From a bacterium (GTDB taxonomy: Bacteria > Zhuqueibacterota > Zhuqueibacteria > Oceanimicrobiales > Oceanimicrobiaceae), in the NCBI GenBank assembly GCA_037446635.1, contig JBBIIG010000008.1, forward strand, positions 53,184 through 110,530: a DNA stretch of 57,347 nt. Reading direction: 5' to 3'. Below, piece after piece: positions 50,031 through 57,347 of this stretch (the first letter of the stretch is position 1; each line of letters begins with the position of its first letter). Below the pieces are notes generated by a model. The model saw only the letters and a list, made by a program, of their open reading frames with translations. It was not told the origin of the DNA and ran no database searches. Both the position numbers and the translations under genes were made by a program.

Positions 50031-50094
50031 AATTTCTAAGTTCACTATAAGAATAAGAATAAAATCTGTATTTTTCAAACTCTTTTTTAACCGT

Positions 50095-50433
50095 ATGCTG
50101 CTGACCGCCGCGGTCATCACCAGCCGCTACCAGCGCATTCAGGAAAGCGTGCTGCTGCGCACCCTCGGCGCCACCCGCAAGCAAGTGACGCGCATTATGG
50201 TGATCGAATACATTTTCCTCGGCGGCTTTGCGGCCCTCGCCGGACTCTTTTTATCCTATCTCGGCGGTTGGGCTTTAGCTTACTTTGTGTTTAAAGCCGT
50301 ATTCGTGCCGACGCTGCTGCCGTTCATCATCGTTCTGCTAACGGTAATCGGATTGACGGTGCTGATTGGCGTCCTCAACAGCCGCGGGATTTTGGACCGC
50401 CCACCGCTGGAGGTGCTGCGGGTGGAGGGGTGA
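50095..50433 (+). pseudogene. Orphan duplicate of the last ~110 codons of the ABC permease
   Basis: Colinear with 49004-49339 (offset 1094) with no indels. Similarity continues to ~50490. Confidence 0.92.
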
Positions 50434-50494
50434 GATTCACCTCTTGGGAGGGGGTTAAGGTGGGTCCATTCGACATTCGGAAATTCCTTGCCCA

Positions 50495-50538
50495 AGAGTA
50501 TGTATCAAGAGAATTTTGTGCTACGCAAAGCGCGTGGG
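50495..50538. repeat. 44-bp direct repeat, copy 1 (imperfect extension to ~50580)
   Basis: AGAGTATGTATCAAGAGAATTTTGTGCTACGCAAAGCGCGTGGG, identical to 51277-51320. Confidence 0.92.
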
Positions 50539-50635
50539 TCGAAAGAGCAAAGCGAAGAGCGTAGAGCGAAAAAACGGCGGATATTTTCAAAATTACGGCG
50601 GCCATTTCCGGGATCAGACTTGTTGGACTCGGGCC

Positions 50636-50989
50636 TCACCGAAATATTCCCAATTGAAACAAAAGGACCTCAAAAATGTTTTCCTGCAACTCTGCGGAAT
50701 CAATTGTTCCAAGCTTCTTTATCAGCCGCTTCTTGTCTAAAGTCCGAATTTGATAACACAAAACTATTGACTCATTTGTTAGGCCCCCAACTCCTTTCGG
50801 AATCAGAACTTCATTTGGGTAAACCTTGCGTCCCGCTTTCCTCGAGGTAATCGGAAGCACATTCACGACGGGCAGAATTTTATTGACTTGCTCTTCGCTA
50901 ATTACAACGACGGGACGGGTTTTACCTTGCTCTGAACCAATGACTGGATCAAGATTGGCGAGGAAAACATGCCATCGGAAGGAAGCCAC
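50636..50989 (-). CDS. mazF: PemK/MazF family toxin
   Basis: NLDPVIGSEQGKTRPVVVIS, LPITS and QIRTLDKKRL motifs. Confidence 0.92.
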   Translation of the reverse strand: MASFRWHVFLANLDPVIGSEQGKTRPVVVISEEQVNKILPVVNVLPITSRKAGRKVYPNEVLIPKGVGGLTNESIVLCYQIRTLDKKRLIKKLGTIDSAELQENIFEVLLFQLGIFR

Positions 50990-50994
50990 TTATT

Positions 50995-51231
50995 CTACCA
51001 CTCCTCTAAGTCAACGTTCTTAAAATCTTCCGAGACTTCTCTTAGATCACTCAAGAAAAGCTTATCCTTCATTGCATTTTTGAGTTCATTGATCTTGCTA
51101 TCATAATCCTCGGGCTTTCTACGGAAGAACATGATGATCTCAACCGGATCGTTTTCTGGAATGTGAGCAGGAATTTTGATGCGGATTTCGCGGTTCTTGG
51201 GGGTTCTTACTATTTGTTTGATCGCTTCCAT
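50995..51231 (-). CDS. Small protein upstream of mazF, putative antitoxin
   Basis: 78 aa with an acidic C-terminus, 5 bp before mazF. AGAGG RBS. AT-rich like mazF. Confidence 0.65.
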   Translation of the reverse strand: MEAIKQIVRTPKNREIRIKIPAHIPENDPVEIIMFFRRKPEDYDSKINELKNAMKDKLFLSDLREVSEDFKNVDLEEW

Positions 51232-51276
51232 AATATTTCCTCTTGGCTTTCGCAATATTCATAAGATAAAAATCCG

Positions 51277-51320
51277 AGAGTATGTATCAAGAGAATTTTG
51301 TGCTACGCAAAGCGCGTGGG
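51277..51320. repeat. 44-bp direct repeat, copy 2 (imperfect extension to ~51362)
   Basis: Identical to 50495-50538 and followed by GAGCG heptamers. Confidence 0.92.
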
Positions 51321-51392
51321 ATGAAAGAGCGTAGAGCGTAATGCGAAGAGCGAAAAAGCGGCCCGCTGTAAGCGATCCGTTTCGCGGACAAG

Positions 51393-51725
51393 TCAATAAA
51401 TCCGGCCGCCGATTTCCGTCGCTCGGTCCGGCATGAGCAAGGACAAGCCGCCGTCTTCTGCCGGCACACCCAACAGCAGAAACTCGGACATGAAGCCGCC
51501 GATATTTTTGGGCGGGAAATTCACCACGCCGATGACGAGACGGCCAATCAACTGTTCGGGTTTGTAATCACGCTTCGCTTGCGCACTGGTCCACTTCACC
51601 CCAATCTCCGGGCCGAAATCCACCTGCACTTTGTATGACGGTTTGTGGGCGCGGGGAAAATCTTCCACCGCCACCACCTTTCCCACGCGCATGTCGATTT
51701 TCAGGAAGTCATCAAAGGTGATCAT
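51393..51725 (-). CDS. csaA: tRNA-binding OB-fold protein (CsaA/Trbp111 family)
   Basis: ITFDDFLKIDMRVGKV, VDFG and VVNFPPKNIGGFMSE motifs. Confidence 0.85.
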   Translation of the reverse strand: MITFDDFLKIDMRVGKVVAVEDFPRAHKPSYKVQVDFGPEIGVKWTSAQAKRDYKPEQLIGRLVIGVVNFPPKNIGGFMSEFLLLGVPAEDGGLSLLMPDRATEIGGRIY

Positions 51726-51763
51726 TTTTCTTATTCGTTTAAATGATCATAGGAGCTGCACCC

Positions 51764-51792
51764 CTCGCTCCCACGCTCTGCGTGGGAGCGAG
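51764..51792. repeat. REP palindrome CTCGCTCCCACGC-TCT-GCGTGGGAGCGAG
   Basis: Perfect 13-bp stem. Confidence 0.8.
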
Positions 51793-51831
51793 TTCAGTTC
51801 AGTCAGTTGCAGTGAACGCATAAATGCGTTA

Positions 51832-52839
51832 CTACGATACTCTAACCGCCATCAACGTCACATCGTCCGTGAAGCGGCCGGCAAACTGGCGGGCCGCGGC
51901 GAGCAGCCCTTTGACTAACTCTTCGGGCGAGCGCCGGATATTTTCTTGCACATAATTACGCAGCCGCTCCTCGCCAAAGGACTCGCCGTTGGCGCCGGCT
52001 TCCACCAGGCCGTCGGTGTAGAACACCAGCACGTCGCCGGCGGCGATCTGAATGGTTTGCGAATGGTAGCGCGGATCCGCCGTCAGTCCCAGCGCCGGTC
52101 CCGTAGGAACCAGCCAAGTGAAGGACTTATTTGAAGCCTGCCACCACAGCGGCGGGTGATGCCCGGCGTTGCAGTATGTCAACTTACGGTTGCGGGCATC
52201 GATGATGCCGAGAAAGATCGAAATAAATTTAATCAAATTGAGATTACGGCGAAAGAGGCGGTTGAGGCGCTCGGCCAGAGATTCCAGGGTCTCGGCTTCC
52301 GGGCCGAGGATGCGCAGCGACGCCTGCAGGTTGGACATCAACATGCTGGCGGGCAGCCCTTTGTCCATCACGTCGGCGATGACCAGGCCCTGATTGCGAT
52401 CGCGGCAATCAAAAAAATCGTAATAATCTCCGCCGACGATGCGCGCCGACTCGGTGTGGGCGGCGATCGCGATGCCCGGCAGAGTCGGCGCTTTGCACGG
52501 CAGCAGATCGCGGTGCACTTTCGAAACCAGCTCCAGCTCGCGCTGCAGCGTCTGCATTTGTTCCGCGGTGTAGTGGCTCAAACACATGCTGGCAGTGAAA
52601 TCGTATTCCAAAAGCTCGGCGTCCACGTCCTCGCCGCACACCGTGCACTTGCCAAAATCGCCGCGTTCGATATTTTCCAGCGCGACTTTCAAGTCGGAAA
52701 TCAGTTGCCAGACCTTGCCCTGATCTTCGCCGCCCAAGTGCACATTCTTGCGATCCGACTCGGATTCCAGCCAATGTAAAAGCGTATCGCGATTATCGTG
52801 CAGAGCGCGCCGAAAGCGCTCCAGAGTTTGTCCGTCCAT
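51832..52839 (-). CDS. SpoIIE/RsbU-type PP2C phosphatase with an N-terminal DksA/TraR-like zinc finger
   Basis: CTVC-x17-CLSH and the motifs VGGDYYD, IADV, NAGH, YTDGLVE and DDVT. Confidence 0.88.
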   Translation of the reverse strand: MDGQTLERFRRALHDNRDTLLHWLESESDRKNVHLGGEDQGKVWQLISDLKVALENIERGDFGKCTVCGEDVDAELLEYDFTASMCLSHYTAEQMQTLQRELELVSKVHRDLLPCKAPTLPGIAIAAHTESARIVGGDYYDFFDCRDRNQGLVIADVMDKGLPASMLMSNLQASLRILGPEAETLESLAERLNRLFRRNLNLIKFISIFLGIIDARNRKLTYCNAGHHPPLWWQASNKSFTWLVPTGPALGLTADPRYHSQTIQIAAGDVLVFYTDGLVEAGANGESFGEERLRNYVQENIRRSPEELVKGLLAAARQFAGRFTDDVTLMAVRVS

Positions 52840-52973
52840 TTTGAACCTCTATTTAAATCAAAAGAATCGAAAGAATATAAAAGAAGAAGAAGCGGAAATC
52901 AATCCAAATGTTGCTGTGATTACGCTGCAATTTTACGTCGCGCACGGGGAAAAGTTTGAGCGATTCACGGCGT

Positions 52974-53126
52974 GGGGCTGTCTAAAAAGTACGCAAAAAT
53001 GATGTCCTCGCGAGCGCTTTTGGCGAAGCGATCTGCTGATTTTGAGCACGGAGACTGCTTCGGCCTGCCTGCTGCAGGCAGGCAAACAGCGCCTCGCAGT
53101 GACATTCGCCTTTTTTAGGCAGCCCC
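52974..53126. mobile_element. MITE-like nested palindromic element
   Basis: Terminal inverted repeats GGGGCTGTCTAAAAA/TTTTTAGGCAGCCCC enclose TGTC..GCGAG...CTCGCAGTGACA, which encloses GCCTGCCTGC-T-GCAGGCAGGC. Confidence 0.65.
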
Positions 53127-53155
53127 GGGACCTTGGTCTTAGATGGTTTTGGTGA

Positions 53156-53851
53156 TCACGAGGACTTCTTTCTGACGAGATCGGCCACCCAGAAAGGACT
53201 ATAATAAATGAAAAAAATGATGAAGCTCACCGGCACGAGACTCAGCAGATACCACGGCCACGGCCCGAGATAATCAAACAAAGTGCGGGTGGTTGGTTTG
53301 GCGCATAAATAAAGATAATTGGTTCCCAAAAGCCAGTTTACCGGCGCAATGATGGCGGCGTAAGCGGCGGTAGCGAGGAAGGTGCGCCAGATGGATTTGA
53401 GCGTGGGGCGGTAGTTGAAAACAACGGTGGCGAAAATGGCGCCGACAATAATCAGCCCGTGGGTGATGAAGTAGAAGTAAAAATCCACATGCGGGAAGCC
53501 GTTGCGGAGTTCGGGGGTCAACACCGCCAGCACGGTTCCCCCCAGCGCCCAGAAGTAATTGATCTCGTACAAAAAATAACTGCGGTTGATGAGCAGAATG
53601 CCGGTAAGGATGCCGCCGATATCGCACAGGTGAAGTGGCAAATCATTTCGCCAGTTTTCGAACGAAGCCAAACGGAAAAATGGCTCGAGAATTTTGCTGA
53701 GCAATAATATGACGCCGAGACTGACCGCAACGACGCGGCTCAGCTTGTCGGACGCCATCCTTTTGATCAGCAGCGGTAAGAAAATGCTCATCGCTAAAAT
53801 GATGAGCAAAACAACCATGTGCGATGGGCTGTACGGGATAAACGGAGGCAT
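53156..53851 (-). CDS. TIGR02206/YwaF family integral membrane protein
   Basis: LPLHLCD, YFITHG, TNYLYL and LGPWPWY motifs. Confidence 0.85.
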   Translation of the reverse strand: MPPFIPYSPSHMVVLLIILAMSIFLPLLIKRMASDKLSRVVAVSLGVILLLSKILEPFFRLASFENWRNDLPLHLCDIGGILTGILLINRSYFLYEINYFWALGGTVLAVLTPELRNGFPHVDFYFYFITHGLIIVGAIFATVVFNYRPTLKSIWRTFLATAAYAAIIAPVNWLLGTNYLYLCAKPTTRTLFDYLGPWPWYLLSLVPVSFIIFFIYYSPFWVADLVRKKSS

Positions 53852-53890
53852 CGAACCCGTTATTGAATTGTGTTTTAAAGGTGGCTTCTT

Positions 53891-54025
53891 GAGTGCTGGA
53901 GTAATGGATTATTGATTATTGGATCAATCAATCCAAATACTCCAGTACTCCAACACTCCAATGATCCATTAATCCATTAATCCATTAATCCATCGAGACA
54001 ACACTCTAACACTCCATCACTCCAA
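53891..54025. repeat. Octamer repeat family (GGAGTAAT/ATCCATTA) with inverted arms
   Basis: TCCATTAA x3 and many ACTCCA units. Same family as 1536-1616. Confidence 0.85.
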
Positions 54026-54031
54026 TCGCCT

Positions 54032-55228
54032 TCACCCTTCGCTGGTCATGATGAACAGCGGCTGCCGCATAAAAGATTCGTACTTCGGCCGCAGCCGATC
54101 GCGGTTATAGTATTTTTCCACATCGACGATTTTCTTGCGCCCCACTACCACATCGATGGGCACATTGTCGTAGCAGCCGTTGCGCAGACTGATGAGCCGT
54201 CCCGAGGTCTTCGCCAACACCAAATCCAGCGCCAGGTTGCCGAAGGCCATGGGCACCACCGAATCGATGGCGTCGGGATCGCCGCAGCGCACGAGATAGC
54301 CCAAGCGCTGGTTGAGAATGTTGACGCGCTTGCCGTTGTTGAATTTGCCGGAAAGTTCTTTAAGCATTAAGCCCACTTTGTCGCCGATGCCGCCCAACTT
54401 GCGGTGGCCGTACTGATCTTTTTCCTCGCCTTCAAAGTGCATACCGGCGTCCTCTTTCATTTGTGCGCCTTCCGAAACCAACACCACCGCGTAATTGCTG
54501 GGATGATGTTTGCGATCATCGACAAGCAGTTCGGTGAGCCGCTCGATATCGAACGGATATTCCGGAATCACACAACGATCGGCGGCGCCAGCCATGGTGG
54601 GCAGCATGGCGGTGAAGCCGGCATAGCGCCCGAAGACTTCGATCACCAGCAGCCGTTCGTGGGAGCCGGCGGTGGTGCGCAGCTTGTGGGTGAGCTCGAT
54701 GGTGCGGGTCACACAGGTGCTGAAGCCGATGCAGTAGTCGGTGCCGGGCACGTCGTTGTCCATGGTTTTCGGAATGGCGACGATCTTGATTCCCTCTTTG
54801 TGCAAGCGCTGGCCGTAGCTGAGGGTGTCGTCGCCGCCGATGGGGATCAAATAATCGATTCCCAAAAACTCGAGGTGTTTCAGCACGTCCTCGGTAACGT
54901 CGTTAATATCGTTTTTGTATTTATCCCGCAGATGTGGGGGTAAAATGCTCTTGGGGAGGTGGCTCGGCCGGGTGCGCGAGGTGTGCAAAAACGTCCCGCC
55001 GGTGCGTCCAGCGCGATCGACAATTCCCTCCGTTAACACCTGCACGTGATCGCTGTTGTCGGCGTTTTTATCCGGCGTCATATCCACCAGACCCGCCCAA
55101 CCGCGGCGGATGCCGAGGACGCGGTAGCCCTCCCGCAGCGCGCGAAAGGTGACCGCGCGAATCGCCGGATTCAATCCCGGCACATCGCCGCCGCCGGTCA
55201 AAATTCCAATTGTTCCTTTGTATGCCAT
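54032..55228 (-). CDS. pfkA: 6-phosphofructokinase family protein, probably PPi-dependent
   Basis: TGGGDVPGLN, GGDD, PKTMDND and EVFGR motifs. Confidence 0.88.
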   Translation of the reverse strand: MAYKGTIGILTGGGDVPGLNPAIRAVTFRALREGYRVLGIRRGWAGLVDMTPDKNADNSDHVQVLTEGIVDRAGRTGGTFLHTSRTRPSHLPKSILPPHLRDKYKNDINDVTEDVLKHLEFLGIDYLIPIGGDDTLSYGQRLHKEGIKIVAIPKTMDNDVPGTDYCIGFSTCVTRTIELTHKLRTTAGSHERLLVIEVFGRYAGFTAMLPTMAGAADRCVIPEYPFDIERLTELLVDDRKHHPSNYAVVLVSEGAQMKEDAGMHFEGEEKDQYGHRKLGGIGDKVGLMLKELSGKFNNGKRVNILNQRLGYLVRCGDPDAIDSVVPMAFGNLALDLVLAKTSGRLISLRNGCYDNVPIDVVVGRKKIVDVEKYYNRDRLRPKYESFMRQPLFIMTSEG

Positions 55229-55411
55229 GGGTTTTCAACCTCCTTCAATAATCATGAATTCAATGGGAGAAAATAAAAAGAATTGGCTCAAGTGCAAGAG
55301 AAATATTGCCTCAAATCGCTTCTTAGTTATTGTAGTGCAGAAGTGAAACAGTGGAACATGCGGGCAAAAAAACTTGCGGGCGCGACGGATGGACTTTTTG
55401 GGACGGCCCCC

Positions 55412-55440
55412 TTGAAACTAGCGCACTAATTTGTTATATT
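55412..55440 (+). promoter_or_regulatory. Sigma70-type promoter for the amidohydrolase-fpg pair
   Basis: TTGAAA-N17-TATATT with an extended TG. Confidence 0.55.
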
Positions 55441-55461
55441 TATCAACAATTCGCCAAAAAT

Positions 55462-56382
55462 ATGATCAACTCAAAACTCACAATCATCGACGCCCACACC
55501 CACTTCTTTTCGCACACGTGGTTTCAGCATTTTGCCAATCTCGCCAGCGCGCGCCTTCCGGAAATCACCAGCGCCGAAGCGCTGGCGGTGAAACTCGGTT
55601 GGGAGGCGCCGGCCGCGGCGCCGGAAGAGCTGGGCCGGCGCTGGGTCGAAGAATTGGATCGGCGCGGAGTCAGCAAACAGGTGCTGTTTGCCAGCAAGCT
55701 CAACGACGCCGAGTCGCTGGCCGTTGCGGTGCGGGCGTTTCCCCAGCGCTTGGTTGGCTACGTGATGATCGATCCCACCCAACCTTCCGCCCGCGATCAA
55801 ACTTATTATTCCCTCAACCTGCTGGGAATGAAAGGGGTTTTGCTGTTCCCGGCGCTGCACCATTTTCACGCGTTCGATAAAAAAGTTTTTCCAATTTATG
55901 AAGAAGCGGCGGCGGCCGCGGCGCCGGTGTTTATCCACTTCGGCCAGCTCAGCATTCCGATTTTTCAGAAATTGGGTTTGCCGGATAACATCGATCACCG
56001 CTTTTCAAATCCCGAAGATTTAAAAATTCCCGCGGCGGAATTTTCGGAGGTGAATTTTATCGTTCCCCATTTTGGCTGCGGCCGCTTCGAGGAAGCGCTG
56101 GCGGTGGCGCGGGAATTTTCCAACATTTATTTTGACACCGCCAGCTCCAATTCGTGGATCGCCCCGCCGCTGACGTTGGCTCAGGTTTTCCAGCGGTCGC
56201 TGACCGTACTCGGACCCGAGCGCATTTTGTTTGGTACGGACTCCTCCTATTTTCCCCGCGGCTGGCGCCAAGATATTTTCGATCAGCAGCTTCAGATTTT
56301 GAACGCCCTGCAGGTCTCCAAGCAAGATCAGGAAAAAATTTTTGGCGGCAACCTCGCGCGCCTTCTGGGAATAGGAAAGTGA
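55462..56382 (+). CDS. Amidohydrolase family 2 protein
   Basis: IIDAHTH, FIHFG, VPHFG, YFDTA and ILFGTD motifs. Confidence 0.85.
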   Translation: MINSKLTIIDAHTHFFSHTWFQHFANLASARLPEITSAEALAVKLGWEAPAAAPEELGRRWVEELDRRGVSKQVLFASKLNDAESLAVAVRAFPQRLVGYVMIDPTQPSARDQTYYSLNLLGMKGVLLFPALHHFHAFDKKVFPIYEEAAAAAAPVFIHFGQLSIPIFQKLGLPDNIDHRFSNPEDLKIPAAEFSEVNFIVPHFGCGRFEEALAVAREFSNIYFDTASSNSWIAPPLTLAQVFQRSLTVLGPERILFGTDSSYFPRGWRQDIFDQQLQILNALQVSKQDQEKIFGGNLARLLGIGK

Positions 56383-56383
56383 C

Positions 56384-57214
56384 ATGCCGGAGCTGCCCGA
56401 TTTAGTTTACATCGAAAAGAAGCTCAGCGCCGCGCTGCCGGGAAAACAAATCTGCGGCGTGACGATCACCGAGCCGATTGTGCTGCGGAATTTGATCGCG
56501 GACTCGTTTGACGAAGCGTTGCTGGGCGCGCGTTTCAAAAGCATTCACCGCCACGGGCCGTTTTTGGTTTTTGCATTTGACCGCGCCGTCGAAATTATCA
56601 TTCACCCGATGCTGGCGGGACGGTTTCAACTCACCGAGTCGGCAAAATCCGGCCGCGCGCCCTGTTTCTGTTTGAATCTCGAGGGCGTGAATTTTTTTTA
56701 TCTCGACGACAAAAAAATGGGCAAGGTTTATTTGACCGCGGCCGGCGAGTACGCAGCGATCCCGCGCTTTCTCGACCAGGGGGTGGATATCACCAGCGCG
56801 GAATTTACTCTCGAAAAATTTCGCGAGATCATCAAAAGCCAGCGTACGCAGGTGCGGGTGTTTTTGATGACCCAATCCGCGTTGAGCGCCATCGGCAACG
56901 CCTACGCCGACGAGATTTTATTCGACGCGCGCCTTCATCCCAAAACCTTTTGCCAGAAATTGACCCCGGCGCAAATCGGCCAGTTGTATGAAAGCATCAT
57001 CGGCGTCATCAATTGGGGGATCGCCGAAGTGGAAAAGGCGCAGCAGCCGCTCGAAGTGAAAGTGCGCGGCCACATGAAAGTTCGCAACCGCAAAGATCAG
57101 CCGTGCCCGCGCTGTGGCGCCACCATTCGCCGCGCCGGCGTGTTGGGCTTCGATTCCTTTTTTTGTCCGAATTGCCAGCCGCCCACCCGCGAGCAATTTA
57201 TCGACTGGCGGTAG
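56384..57214 (+). CDS. Fpg/Nei family DNA glycosylase
   Basis: N-terminal PELP, H2TH motif IGNAYADEILF, and C-terminal CPRC...CPNC zinc finger. Confidence 0.9.
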   Translation: MPELPDLVYIEKKLSAALPGKQICGVTITEPIVLRNLIADSFDEALLGARFKSIHRHGPFLVFAFDRAVEIIIHPMLAGRFQLTESAKSGRAPCFCLNLEGVNFFYLDDKKMGKVYLTAAGEYAAIPRFLDQGVDITSAEFTLEKFREIIKSQRTQVRVFLMTQSALSAIGNAYADEILFDARLHPKTFCQKLTPAQIGQLYESIIGVINWGIAEVEKAQQPLEVKVRGHMKVRNRKDQPCPRCGATIRRAGVLGFDSFFCPNCQPPTREQFIDWR

Positions 57215-57216
57215 GG

Positions 57217-57244
57217 GTAGGGGTAATTCATGAATTACCCCTAC
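57217..57244. repeat. GTAG-type REP palindrome
   Basis: Identical to 3452-3479. Confidence 0.9.
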
Positions 57245-57347
57245 CCCGGGTCGGGCGTATTTTGAAGAAGGCGACTTCCAGGCATGTACTCCCAATTCCG
57301 CTCGCAATTTCGAAGGTGGTTCCGGCCAGCGATTTTTTTGCTCTCCA

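Noticed and set aside
50095..50433. Diversity-generating retroelement template/variable repeat pair
   Set aside because: Differences are mostly synonymous third-position changes, not adenine-specific, and no reverse transcriptase is in the window.
49345..51362. Integron cassette array
   Set aside because: No tyrosine integrase and no repeated RYYYAAC...GTTRRRY attC structure. The flanking repeats differ between cassettes.
392..57307. Numerous long antisense/alternate-frame ORFs in the track (e.g. 4955-6052, 2429-3307, 41058-41936, 48589-49485)
   Set aside because: Shadows of GC-rich genuine genes; no motifs, and they overlap well-supported CDSs.
57245..57347. 3' end of a minus-strand gene at the window edge
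   Set aside because: Several frames are open and none is recognisable, so no call is supportable.

Overview
Bacterial chromosomal window, probably origin-proximal: it holds the rpmH-rnpA-yidD-yidC-mnmE-mnmG-rsmG-mfd cluster and two perfect parS sites, but no dnaA or parAB. Gene content suggests a Gram-negative FCB-related lineage such as KSB1/Calditrichota (inference only). Most coding content is housekeeping, envelope or peptidase genes: patatin, M3-like, S9 and M19 peptidases, FTCD, two SurA-type PPIases, DUF4159/DUF4175/TPR, htpG, a beta-CASP nuclease, a solute-binding protein + kinase + sigma54 regulator triad, tesA/ybbA/ybbP, rsgA, pfk and fpg/nei. The unusual signal is small-scale. (1) About ten families of short palindromic or heptamer/octamer repeats occupy most intergenic gaps outside the core operons. 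Up to five copies lie in-frame inside protein genes (M3 peptidase x2, TPR signal peptide, RsgA, ABC permease), and some are nested inside each other. (2) Gene 3' ends are duplicated next to these repeats: an uvrA tail in tandem, and a synonymously diverged ABC-permease tail bracketing a DUF4160/DUF2442 module. A mazF module sits between 44-bp direct repeats, and there is an uncalled dead hicA. Together these suggest repeat-associated, integrase-free acquisition of small cassettes. (3) FTCD carries an inserted C2H2-type zinc-finger motif. No rRNA, tRNA, CRISPR array, integrase or transposase gene was recognised. All family assignments come from motif recognition by eye, not database searches.
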